Below, in pieces: positions 1-12,975 of a stretch of 64,000 bases of DNA. The stretch spans positions 14,074,001 to 14,138,000 of the forward strand of contig CM068755.1 of assembly GCA_035084275.1 (NCBI GenBank), written 5' to 3'. Under the pieces are notes generated by a model. It was given only the letters and a program-made list of their open reading frames with translations. It was not told the origin of the DNA and searched no databases. This DNA comes from Hydrolagus colliei (taxonomy: Eukaryota). Numbering within the stretch: the first letter of the stretch is position 1; every line of letters starts with the position of its first letter. The position numbers and the translations under genes were made by a program.

Positions 1-775
1 CAGAAAATGCACTTCCTACGAGCAAATAACTTTGGAATTTGTTAATGAATTAATCTCTAAAATTATTTGCCTTTTTTAAAAAAAACAAAAATGGAGCAGA
101 ATTGGCTCTGACTGATTTCACAAGGTCCATAAGAGTAGGTATCTTGGGAAATGGTCATTCTGTTTCAGTAGGGGGTGCTCTTACATTGGGTACATTACAT
201 TGTACAGGGGAAAGGTCTGAATTGCATTCATCATGTTTGTTATTTGATCTGAACGGGCAGATACTTTTTTTTAAATTAAATTTTTGGCCTTTAGTAAACT
301 TGTACTTTGTGTCCCCTCCTGAAGATACCTTTGATTAGAAACCCCAGTAGTATTCGTACTTATTGCAATGTGGTGAAACCTGAGAAATGTTTTTTTTTGT
401 ATCTTACCTTGCACACTTGAAGGGCGAAACACTTATGGTCTACGTTGTTAATCTGCTTTTAGATGTATGTCTTATCCCATAGCAGTTGACTAGGTGAGAA
501 TCCAGGTTGAAATAATTTGTGAAACCTTGTCATTTGGTTTGTCAGGTGACCAGATGGGAGATATTTTTGATACTAAACTTGAAGTTTTGGTTAAAACAAA
601 ACGGGAACGCTTTATAAAATGGGAGCATGTGAGATTAAAGCAGTTGTATTTTATTGTTCAGAAAATGAGACGGTTACCTATTTGTTAGTCTACAAAGTAA
701 TGAGTGTCATTATAGATAATTAGTGTGACTGCTTCATAATCTCTATAATACCATGAGCTTTTTTTCCTCCCCTAG

Positions 776-878
776 GGTTTTACAGACAGTCCTCATTATG
801 GTGAGCACTTGAATGACAGTCGATTAGGATCCCATGAAGGATTGTCACCAACACCGTTCATGAACTCCAGTCTAATGG
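776..878 (+). CDS. TCF12: TCF12 exon ~5 (103 nt, phase 0-1): [35 protein letters not shown]
   Basis: ttcctcccctag acceptor, G|gtaagt donor, peptide matches the HEB N-terminal region. Confidence 0.95.
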
Positions 879-1400
879 GTAAGTAGGTAATTCTTTCCAA
901 GTAGACTCTCAAAGCCTCTTTGGTCAGGAAAAGCCATTTGTCATCACTTGTCTGAATTGATATGTCATGCAAATGGAGGCGACTGCAGGTTTGTGACAAT
1001 CGTGCTGGGTGATGACCTTCTCCATGGACTTTGAGCCACATCATCAGTATTATTTTCATCACAAAAGATTCTTCACTTAGCTTTCTGTGAAAGGATTCTT
1101 AACAAGCACCCACAATCATAGCAAACTCTAGTGTGATGAGTCCTTTCTGCTTGTGTAAGAATTGGGAGGTTGTTGGCTGCTGGGCTTCTGTTATCCCTTT
1201 TCTAGTTTTCGATTCAGTGTTCCATTCCTTCATCAACATTTTGTCTTTCGCAGCAATCTTATAAGCTTATTATTGAAAGTTAAGTTATTTTAATTCAGTG
1301 ATCCTGTTGTTAAACATTGAGATTATTGATGGGAACTTTTAAAATAAGGATCCCCATTGTGCGATCTCAACCAGAAGACAGACTTACGTGTTTGTGTTTT

Positions 1401-1631
1401 TATATAAATATATATATATGTATATAATATATATATATCAGTCTTTTCTTTGAGAAGAACAAGCTGGTTTGGGGTAAGGGTGTCTCATTAAAATCTGTGA
1501 TTCTATATATTGGCTGGCAGGAAATGTATTTCTGCCCCACCCCCCAAAAAAAACACACACTAAACTCCACATACATACACACACACACACATCACACAGA
1601 CACATTGCATACACACATACACAAACACACA
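1401..1631. repeat. (TA)n at 1401-1438 and (CA)n at 1553-1631 microsatellites
   Basis: Direct reading. Confidence 0.9.
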
Positions 1632-4600
1632 ATCTTCCTCAAAATACTCTGGAGGTGAAGCTTTGTGGTGCTGCACAGCACCCTGTGTGGCACTTCAGAG
1701 ATCTGAACAAGCTTGATTGAGTTAATGTCACCTGAGGCAATGAATCAAACCTGGCATTCTGCCTGGGTGACCAGTGAATGTCATACCCTGAGAGCGAACA
1801 AGCAACTCGTTTGGCCTTTTTGTACAAGAGCATCCAGTTTTATCAAAGATGTATTTGTTGTACCTCCCAGTAATACGTATTACAAGTTTCTCCATCTCAA
1901 AATAGTCCCAACCTCTTTTCCAACGAAAAATATTTAGCCTTTTCACATCTGTGTCACACACAGTAGGAGTACATTAAATGCAAACTCTTGCAAATGTGAC
2001 GTTAATCTTGTATTTTCCTATTTAACGTCGATACACAAAATCTGTTTAGTTGGAGACTTGTTATTCCTTCCGGATCATTTTCCATGACCAATCGAAAGAT
2101 ACAACAGTACATCGTTTGCTTTCGGGATCTTGAAATGCAATGTTCAGTACTTTGTGCTTGGTGACGAGTGAATTGTGTACCATATCACAACTATGTTTGC
2201 AATTGTAAGTCATGTATGACAACGTAGGTTGAGATGGCAATACATATGTACATGACCTATTTATATACATTTTGGATGATCTCAGCATTGACACTTAAGC
2301 AGCAACCATGGCAATCTAATTGGATTACTTAAATCCAAATCCCGGAAGCCTGCAATTTATTTTCAGAATCTTTTCCTCGCTTTGTCTTTATTAATCTTTG
2401 GTCGAAGGCTTGGGCTGAGTAAATGGAAGAAAAGTTAAGGAAATGCCAGTTTGTTTCACAGATCATGCTGACTCCAGTTCAATATTTAAAGTCCAACCAA
2501 AGTCACACTAAATTGCGTATGCCAGCGAACAGAACTGCTGCGCGCGTAGTTGTTAATTAATTGTTGAGTTGGCGAGTGCAATTTCTCTCACTGACCTACT
2601 TGAAAGCTTATATTGCTTTACTTCCGATTGCGACTTCGCACATGATAGTATTGCGTTTGAAGTGTCAAGCGAGATCTCACTTTTCAATGCAAGGCAAAAG
2701 GGTTGGGGGCGGTGGAAAAATCAGGAAGCATGTCTGTTCTTGGGTCAGTGCAGATCAAGAATGCAATACAATATTACATTTGTATAGCGCCTTTCCCGTC
2801 GGGAAGACCTCCCAAGACGCGGGTGTGCGTGTTGGCGAGTAACCACAAGTCACCGTGAAAACCTGAGTAACACCGCAGAGAAGGCTAGCTATGATCTTTA
2901 GCAAGTGCTATCAGCCTCCAGCAAAACAAGAGCTATTGCCATCTGTTGCCAAGAAGTCCAGCGACAGTCTGCAAGAAACTAGTGAAATGATTTGAGGTAT
3001 TTTTAGTGTGGCACACTGCCATGAATTGAGTGTGAGCCAGCACGCTGTGAAAATTACTGCGTTTTGCATTTAGGAAGAATTGATTACTGGTGAGAGTTGG
3101 GGATGTGCTGAATTTATATTCTTTTCAGTTTCTGTTCCAGTCTGTTCCTTTTGAACAAAATGATGGTGCCAAAGGTATAATAAAAAAAAAGCAGCTGCAT
3201 TCTTCAGGTTGTAAGAAAACCAACGCCGCTTAGCTTACTGCCTCCACTGACCTCGAATGTATTGTTTACATTTAGAGCCATTCAAAATTGTCAGTGAATG
3301 TTTCCGTGCAGTAATATTATAGCCGCGAATCTACGAGCAGAAGTACGTCGTTTTGAGCACAGAGTTAGCTCGCCGCTGGCTGTCTTATTATTTTTTTAAA
3401 ATTTATATACCTTTTTACGCGGCCCATTTAAAGTTTGTGCTGGAACCAAAATAAAGTGAAATGAAGTAATAATGTGACACAATTTAAAACGTAGGGATAT
3501 TTTATGATTCTTACGGGTTATGTAGCTGGAAGAGAAACTCAAAAATATTGTCCATGTGAACTGTGGACGTTTCTCAACTCTGGCATCTGTCCATCATCGA
3601 GCAAAAGGTTGGACCACCCTGATCTAAGGCATTATGACTCCATATGTGTTTAGCTTTGTCACGAGGTTGGGGTGGGGGAGAAACCACTGATTGTCAGACA
3701 GGTGCATAATTTACAACTCTTCCTTCTCAGGCTTTGGGGTTATCAAAACATGCGAGAAAGAGTGACAGACACAGGATTTTATGGCTGTTTACTTTGCAAA
3801 CTCCACTGGCTTTTGTGGGCTGTTGTTTTTTTTGTTGACTACTGACATTATGACTGTTTTATGGAAAGGAACCTTTACTTATTTTACCCACCAACTGCTC
3901 ATCTAATCACTTCTGACACAAATAAAATTAACTAACAGGAGTTTTGCAGTAACACAATTGACAACTGTCTGATTGGGATTTAGCCTAGTATTATCCTATG
4001 ATTGATTAAGCAAGCCAATCCTCAGATCTGCATCACTGAAGTCACCCACATTATTTACTGTACTGTCTAACCTGTCTAAATTTATTTACTTTGAAAAAAA
4101 ATGATCTTTATTCGTTCTCCACTGATAATGTGCAGCATTGAGCTTAATGAAGTACTTAAAATAAAAGGACATTTAAAAGTATTTCCGGTTGGAGTTGTTT
4201 TGCACAGGAGATGAAGTTGCTGTGAAATTGGTATTTATTTTTAAAAAAATAAACAGAGCAATTCTGTTTCATTTGTACTGTGAATGTTTCTACGGCTTTG
4301 ATGGAACGATTCCTTTCATACAAACACATTGGCAAAGTGGCTTTTGTTTTTACCAGCATGGCAGTTTAACCATGAGTGAAATATTTCAATCTGGCTTCCA
4401 TTTTCGTGCTCCGAATATGCAAAATCTATTTATCTGCTTGATGACTGACTGTTAATGTACCTACCAGTTGTAGTCATTAACGGGCGCATTTCAAACCGTT
4501 TTTGTGAAAACAATGGTCTGTTTTCCTTTTTCTTATTTAGATGTGAACTTCCCACCTGTTGTATAAGATCTTATAATAGACTCTCTCAGTTTAGCCTACA

Positions 4601-7506
4601 TCAACAGTAATTGGTCCTGACTTGATGCGGGGATTGAATGCTGTTGATATGCACCACAAATCTGTGGAATGTCACTGGCAGGTCTCTCTAAGGTGTGAGT
4701 GGTACAAACTCTGAGAATAGTGCTGCAACAACAACAACAACAAAATGACATGTATAGAGTGCCTGTCACATCGGGAGGACAGCCAAAGACCCTGAAAGAA
4801 CTCAAAAGGCTTGCTGACATGGATTTCATTACAATTTGAACTGCCTCCTGTTTTGGGATGCTAGTAATCCCCACTTATGTTTTACAAAACTTCATTTTTT
4901 TTAATGTTGTGTGGTAACAGTGTCTGTAATATTGTTTATTTTAAATACTGTATGTATTTTACCATTGAAATTACTGATACCCCAGATTAGCCTGTTATTA
5001 TTCCTTCTTGGTTGTCTACCAGAATATAAATGGAGGTGAAAGGGAACACATTCCAACTGACCTAATGAGATTGAAACTGTCCCATTAATTGGGACTTCAG
5101 GACATGTGGTAGCACAATTTTCAGCCAATATAACTGATTGGGCTCATCAGCCATAGTAAGTCAGGCAGAGTGCTGCTCTGTAAAGAGAGGTAGCTTTCTG
5201 AACTTGAGATGAACTGTAAAAAAAAAACCCCGATTTTACAAGTTAATACCAGTCTATAGAGAGATAGCAAATGTTAACGCATCAGAGAGGTGAACAGTGA
5301 CTGAGATGCTACTTGTACACAGACCAAAATAGATATTACACAGCAAGTGGTGTGATATCTTCACTGCTGAGAAAACCAAATTAATAACTGTCAAATTGCT
5401 GGCTTGAACTGTCAATCTGGACAGTTTTCCTTTGGGAATGATACCTGGTATAAACCCATGACTAAAGGAAGGTTGTTGAAACAGGTAGTGGAGTGAGTTC
5501 AACTCCTTTCGGTTCTCCCCATCATGCTAGCAGCTGCCTTTGAAAAATTAAAAGCTCATTCTATTTCGGCAGGGGCCATTTTGAGTCCATCTATTATATG
5601 GACTCCTGAGTTACATTATATTAGCCTCCTGAGAAATTCTCCATAAGGCAGTAACCTAGAGAAGTTTGTATGTTTTCTGGCATACGTGACAGGGCGAACA
5701 GCCATTTGACTCTGCAAATTAGATGAATTTAAACGTCTCATCTGAGGCAAAATGTACTCAATATTGTCAACCAGATTCATGACTTGACTTGAAAAAGAAC
5801 TTACAGCCAGAATAAAATGCTGGTATACATTTCTGGATGTTGTCTGCAGATATGCCAACTATCTTCAGGTCTCAGTGCCTTTGGAAGAAATGTTGCCATT
5901 TGATTTGCTTTACAGTGTTGTGGCTGAAGTTTGGGCCGTTGCGTATGGTAGTGCTGTGAGATGAATTGGACCATTAGGCACATCAGGCTCTTGTTATTGC
6001 TTTGTTGAATGGTTAATGCCTTTAATGTATGAAAACAAATCACTTTCAGAGTTCAGTACATTACTGAATGCCATGTTAGCAAAACTTGTATTTATGAAGG
6101 TTAACACTGATATTTCAACATGTGATTTGACCATGCTTAACCATTGAGAGTGTTGGTTGATGGCACAACAAAGCTGGTCTTGTTAACATGTAGGTGGGGG
6201 GCCATGATTAGGACATAGTGCATGGCATACGCCAAAGCCTATAACTGCACAAATAAGACTGACCTTCAATATGGCTTTGCATTATGAGTTAGAGCTACAA
6301 ATGAGATACTATACATATTTCTGTAAACTAGACTAGTAGCTTTACTCTGCTTTTGGAGCTTTTTTGTTGTTTCCCTCAATTGTAGGTTAATCATTTAATT
6401 CTCATCAACACTGTGGCACACCAATGTAAGTATGAGCAATGATGGGAGCAAACCTGTGTAATTCTAAAATAATTTGAGTTTAGCTGTGGACCGAAATTTA
6501 TTTGGAGGATGAAAGGAATATTGTCTTATGCCCGGGCAGTTCCATGTGCCTCTCAGCTTTTATTACATATGTAATTTATTGGACAAAGGTAGTTTTTTCC
6601 AAAGTATTGTTCTAAATGAATTCTGCTCACACTAAGGAATTACACTCATCTGTTTTTCATTTTCTTTTGATGAGACATAATGGGCTTCCAGGAAATTAAA
6701 TTATGGACTCATTTAGCGACAGCAGAAAGTGTGGTGGGCTTTTATTGCCTACGGTTTGTGTGCGTTCGAAGGGAAATCTGCATTACGGCTAGATTCTGTT
6801 CTCAATCTTATGAAGAAAAATAAATCGTTGAAAGCTTTCGCTCTACGTTTATGATTGGCCGCCGAAGCTTATCAAGGTTCAGCATCAAGTTAATGTCCTA
6901 TGCACAATCACCGCAGCAGGTGTCTGCTTGGGTTTAAATTCCCCAGAGAGATATCTCTGTTCCAGTTAACAGCTGTGGTGATGGCAGTAGCAATGACTGT
7001 CATCAATTGCTGATCATGTGCAGAATATCAGGTATCACAACCAGGTGTTTCCAGGTAGTATTCTCCTCCCGTTGTAACTGTGTTGGACCCTGCGCGCAGA
7101 GTTTAAACAGCTCTCCGCATTTTGGTGGCTTACAGGAATCAGCCTGTTGCGAAGAATTGTGATTAACATCAACAATCTTTTTGATATGCAGTATTTAGTT
7201 TGGGGGTTTAAAATCCTCTTCACACAGTGCTGATCATAAGGGTGACTGTATCAAATGAATATTTAGCATAGCAGCTGAATACTATCTAGTTATTTAGATA
7301 TGAACTATCTTTGCTAATGACCATCCAGATTCCTCAGAAATTTCTTCAGCGCGGGCTCCTACTAAATTTATTACAAATTTATCCATGTCCTGTGTAACAA
7401 AACACAAACTAAAATGTACCAATTCAGAAGGGTGAAGATACTGTACTATTCTTTTAGCTTTTCTTTGAGGATCCTGATTGTGTCACTGCGCATGCCTTGG
7501 TTGGAA

Positions 7507-7610
7507 AATAATAATAATAATCCTTGCATTTGCCATGGCGCTTTTCACATCTTCTGGACGTCTCAAAGCGCTTCACAGAGTGAATTGACTGTATATTTGT
7601 GGGCGAAAAA
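7507..7610 (-). mobile_element. SINE/L2 3' tail fragment (similar short tails at ~2765-2820, 4725-4800, 14735-14775, 19090-19180, 21085-21157, 36890-36955, 48330-48365, 54328-54393)
   Basis: Tail motif GTGAAAGGCGCTATAT..ATGCAAG followed by (TAT)n or (TTG)n, in either orientation. Confidence 0.7.
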
Positions 7611-9591
7611 GGAAACGTGAATGGCTGTAACGCAAGGAAGAAAATGAAAACATTCTCATTGATCCTTTTTTGTACACAGGTAACCTTTAGTCTGTAAAAT
7701 CTGAAAGCTAAACTATAAAGTCAGCCTTATGGAAATAATTTGTGAAGTAATATTCTGCCCTTTGACTTAAGGGCTTTCAAATAATATTAAATTCCTAAGA
7801 TTAGATGACACTGGCCTGTCTGCCCACAGAGCTGTGTGTTCGTCGATAACTAAAATTACTAACGGGTGTTAGTGTGAAAAGTGGAGAGCCGATGATGCTT
7901 TCAAGTTAGACACTGGGAAGTGATGCTTTTTAGATCTGTGTTACCCCAGTTAGCTCAAGGGTATATGTTTCTCTTATTGGATTCATCAGTGCATGTACTA
8001 GTGAAAAGGCTCACTTTCCTCCTGTGGCCTTCCTCTCCCTATCGTGCTCGTGTCTGTCCTGGAGGGGTATGCAGCTGCGTAGGATCAGCTGCACAAAGCT
8101 CTGAGACTTTGCATTTCAATCCGCCCGAGGAAGCTTCTGTGGGAAGAGTTGGGGGATGGGGAGAGGAGTTGGTGATGTAACATGCGCACGTAGTTCCTGC
8201 TGAAAGGCATACTTGATGATTATAATTATTAGCATTCTGAACGGTAAATTGCATAAAGCAGCAGTGTGATTACATGGTAATTTCTGTAATTCTCTAAATG
8301 CACAGAAAATATGTTCCGCACGATTTTTTTTCACAAAGTTGAGGTGTCTTTGCTGCAATTGGAGTTTTATTTTGAGAAAAAAAAACTTAAAACGTCCGCG
8401 TATTGCTCAGATGTATTGGTATTGATTCATCGCTCGGCAGATGAGTTTCAAGCTATTGAATGTTGTCTTGAAAGGGACTTATGCGTGCCCAATACTGCTC
8501 GTCCTCCCCATGACTGGGAAAGTACCCAATTCCTGGTGGTAAGTATGCTAGGTTATACATAATGCAAATCTCAACGTGTAGAAAAGTTGTGTTGGTTTGC
8601 CTTTGTTGCCACTTCAAAGTTTTAATCTATTGGCCTTATATTGAATACATTAGAAGCATGCAGTGTTAAAATCACAGGAAAGGGAGACCATTTGGCCTCA
8701 AGTCTGTGTGCGTGTTTTTTTTTATCCACTTAAGCCAACTAATCTGATTTCATTCCAATGTTAATTTCCCTCATCATTCAATATTCTTATTGAGCAAAAA
8801 GATTTCAGCGATTGACATGAGGTTAGCATTATGTATTGGAATGCTAGGAGTACAGTTATGTTTTTTCTTAGGGGACATCTCAATTTCCACTCGAGCCCTT
8901 TTTTTTTCCCATTTGTGGATTCATAATGTAATCCGTAACTGATTGATAACCATTGTTACACAGGATGGAATGCTTACGAATTCGACCACTATTTGCCTGT
9001 TGAGATGGATGTTATAGATCCATGTCACTGTTTGGGAAGAGAAGAGGATTTCTCTCAATATTCCCGCCCAACTGTCCTCCAGATAATTGGTCATCACACG
9101 TCATGGCTGTACATGAGACATTGCTGTGTGCAAATTGGCTGTCGTGTTTTCCTGCAAATAGTCACTACACTTTACAGCAATTACCTATGAAGTGCTTTGA
9201 TATGTTATCGAGTGCAAGTACGGTATTATCTCTATGCAAAAGCAAAATTGGCATTCCTGATGCATTCTAGGTAATTTATTAAATCTTTAACTTTTAACAC
9301 AATACTATGCAAGCCATATGTTTGCTAATTAGTCTGTCAATCTATCATAACCTTGGATGCATTACCAAAGGAAAGTAGTTACATATGTGTCCAAGTAAGC
9401 TTAGTGCGGATCCAAAACCAGGGTACAAATGCACAAAGCAATTAATCTTTCTGTTTAACATCTTTTCATTTTATTGTAAGATGTAAAATGACAAGGGATG
9501 CATTTATTTACATGTTTCATTGTTGAAAGTGGGTAAAGTAGTTTGCAATCAATTTGGATGTTTGGATAAATCATAGAGTCAGTCAAAGAGG

Positions 9592-9791
9592 AATAATAAT
9601 AATCCTTGCATTTGGTATAATGCTTTTCACATCTTCTGGACGTCTCCAAGCGCTTCACAGGACATACTGTAAAGTGAATTGATTGTAAATTTGTGGGCAA
9701 ACACGGCAGCCAATTGCGCACAGCAGTGTCCCATAAACAGTTGTGGACTGAATTGACTAATCGTATTTATTTTGAGGGATTATTATTAAGC
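9592..9791 (-). mobile_element. 5'-truncated SINE, same family
   Basis: Reverse complement of body and tail (ggcagccaattgcgcacagcagtgtccc). Confidence 0.85.
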
Positions 9792-10487
9792 ATTTTATTA
9801 TTATTAGGAATGTTGAACAAGTGCACTTGTCTATAGTGTGGTGCCCGAGTAGAATAAGTAAATTTGCTTCTGGTGTTTGAAGGGGTTAAAATCATGGGAG
9901 GCAACTGAAGCTTGCTGCTCTACCCTGTGGTATTATTCTTTCACTTTGTTGGGTCAGACCGCAAGATGAATTTGTTTTACAATATCCTTTTATGCCTTTC
10001 CGAATCATTTTAATTTGCCGTGTTCTCCTTGCGTACAAGTCGGCGTGCGTAATGTTTTGGATACTTGACCTTATCTACATCCCTTGTCGTGCTGTCGAAT
10101 CGTGGCTTTGTTTTGGGTGGATTCTTTTAAAACGGCGATTTAACACCGAACTGAGATTTTACGTGATAATAATAGTGAATGGAATAAACCCACCTCCCCC
10201 CCCCCCCCCACCCTCCCGGGCTCGGTGCAGTGCGTACTACTTTAGGCTGATGTTGCAGCCACTCTTGCGTGCTGCGGTTAGATTACAATAATATACAGTA
10301 AATTGCCTTGCTCTCATCAGTACAGTACTTTATTAATATGCACAACATGACCATTTCCAGTGGAAGGTTATTAGTTTGCTAGTTTGTATCCTCCAGTGAA
10401 TGAAATGATGTGTGATTATGAAGTCATCAGGCATGGACCAGTAAAACTCGAGAGAGCCTCCCTCTTTCTCAGGTCCTCAGGGTGCCA

Positions 10488-10643
10488 NNNNNNNNNNNNN
10501 NNNNNNNNNNNNNNNNNNNNNNNNNNNNNNNNNNNNNNNNNNNNNNNNNNNNNNNNNNNNNNNNNNNNNNNNNNNNNNNNNNNNNNNNNNNNNNNNNNNN
10601 NNNNNNNNNNNNNNNNNNNNNNNNNNNNNNNNNNNNNNNNNNN
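10488..10643. other. Assembly gap (156 N)
   Basis: Run of n characters. Confidence 1.
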
Positions 10644-12759
10644 AGTGAATAGCTTGTGTTGGCTGGAGGATAGTAACAGTGAGAGGCTCTAAAGGCCAAA
10701 TTAGTCTTTTCCTTGAAACAGCGCAGCTCTCTGGAAAGGTCCAGGCCTTATTTTATTTGCATTACTCGTATGGTAAAGTAATTGCAGTCTGCTGGTCTGG
10801 GAAGCAATTTTATGGCACAGCAGACCAGAGATATTAAAATTCTAAACCGTGCTCGTGCACCGACCGAGATGGGCAGGGATGCGGGGAAAAAAATCTGCGG
10901 TTTTCAAATACTGTTTCTGTGGTGATTTTTCTAACCGAAATTGAAGTTTTTTTTATTTTCCGCACTAAGTTTCACCGGGGAAGGAGATGGGTGGGTGCGA
11001 CGTCCTTTGGATCGCTGGCCGTTGTTTAAAAAGATATTTGAGGACGCCAGCCGCCTCTCTTGCTTTACGCAGTATTGCTTAATCCTGGTCCATCCTCATA
11101 ATTGATCTATTCATTCCACCTAATGACTAATTATATATCACAGCATATCAGCAGTCGCATTCATCATCATAGAATGTAATAATCAATGACATTTCAACAA
11201 AGGAAAAAATAAATATGCAAATAAGGACTCATTAACATTTGCATGAGGAGTTTGAATAATCGTGTTGCTGACAAGGCTGTAATTAACAGAAATTGATGCT
11301 GAGATCAGGATTTGATCGTGTGTTTTCTCAGCATTTTATTGTTGTCACTGCGGGGGCTGAAATGAAGTTCTGCTCTAGTTGTATTTCCAGATATGCTTGA
11401 TGTGAGGTCTGCTCCCAGGTACACTAGACTTCTGGGAGTGCTTAATGTTATCTTTGACCTGCAAATAAAATAACCATGGCGGATGAGTTGCAAATCCCTT
11501 GTCATTAAAATATTCATCTTAAATTTCAGGAGAAATGTGTTTGAAATATTAGTTTATTTCAAATAGTTTTATTGGTTTGCATGTAAACATTGCTTTTATT
11601 GTCCAGGGTTGGTTTCCTCTCGCTCGTAAATGGACTGTTGCTGTGAAACTCCAATCTGCCAGAAATTCTTTCGCTGTTCTCTGGTTCTGAACATTTGTAT
11701 AATTTTGTTAGGTGTGGTTCATTCGCTGTAGATAAAATATGAAACATCCTTTGGAAAAAAACATTTAATTGGACAACATTCCTTGCCAACAAAACTAGCA
11801 GTTTAACCTTTATTTTACAATGCTTAGCAAATCTGGCTAGAAGTCGCAAACGCCCTGTTTTAGTCAGTTATTATTGCTATTAAATATCAGTTTCTTGGAA
11901 TCATAGAAATGTGTCTAATGTACTTAATTTATCTAGTATAATATGAACCATCTGCATTTTTACCCAGTTTCGCTACACGATTGCTTCCCTTTTCCTGTTC
12001 CGTTTTCTCTTATTGCCATAGATAGTCACAAAAATGCATAAAACACAATAAAGCTGTTTATGTCAGTGTTTTGGATGACTATGAGTGCTGATTGTAACAA
12101 GTTTGAGAAATTTCCTTTGTTGAATGTGTACGGTGCCATCTGGCTCAACATGGAACATTAACTTGAACAAGGATAATGGATTGTCGTGTATGGATACAAT
12201 TTCGCCTCTAGCTTCACTATAATTCATTCTGGTCAGGGAATGCTGGTTCGAAGGAAGGGATGCAGGTTATTTCCATATGTACATACCAATAGATTTATTT
12301 TCCTTCCTTCCCACTCACTCTCTCTCTCCCTCTCTCAAAGGAAAGGAAAGTTTCAATGTATTCCACAGATGGGAAGATGTTGGATAGTTAATTGGCTGTT
12401 TCGCTTCAACTAAATTCACTTGTGTCCAAGTGTTTTAACGTCGGAATGTATTTCTTGGAAAAGTATAATCAAATCGGTTTGAGGAAAATGTATATTGCTA
12501 TTTATACATTAGTAGCTGTGGCAATGTAGATTTTTTTTTTAATTGTTAAATACGGATTTGTAACCTAAGTAGATTTAAAATATGCAGTTGGGTTAAACAA
12601 AATAGCAAAAACCTTCCCCCAAAAAAACTTTGGGGATTTGCTAAATTTACAGTATTTAAAACAAAGTCATTAAAAAGAGAGAGAAGTTTCAATGAGGCCA
12701 AGGGGATAAGGACACAACACTCGTACAGAACACAACATTCTGTCTTTACAGCAGGTTTG

Positions 12760-12975
12760 AATCACAAATAGTTGGTTTCAGCCAGTGCAGTGTTTGTGGG
12801 TCATTTACAATTACCCTCAGTGCCCCTGGGTTAGGGAGTGGGAAATGACCCAGATGATTCTTATCAAGAGACTCCCATGTTTGCAAACATTGGATGCTAA
12901 CAGATTTGGGTTCAGCTGTGATGTCCATCCATGGTGGAATAACCTGTCAACTCTTTATGTCAAGGATCATGTCAA
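12760..12975 (+). mobile_element. Ancient AmnSINE2-like SINE relic (a weaker third copy at ~62270-62390)
   Basis: tacaattaccctcagtgcccctgggttagggag..ttcagctgtgatgtccatccatggtggaataacctg; shares blocks with 24410-24690. Confidence 0.6.

Noticed and set aside
5055-5105. Hammerhead-like CTAATGA..GAAAC followed by the gtccca/tgggac hairpin
   Set aside because: The core is mutated, and stems I and III do not close around a cleavage triplet.
5600-5860. Minus-strand peptide VRPVTYARK...EFLRRL faintly resembling a LINE RT C-terminus
   Set aside because: Too weak to call without a translated search.
8441-8544. Strong GTG|gtaagt donor at 8538/8539
   Set aside because: Stop codon in the frame needed for exon 6, weak acceptor, no recognisable peptide.
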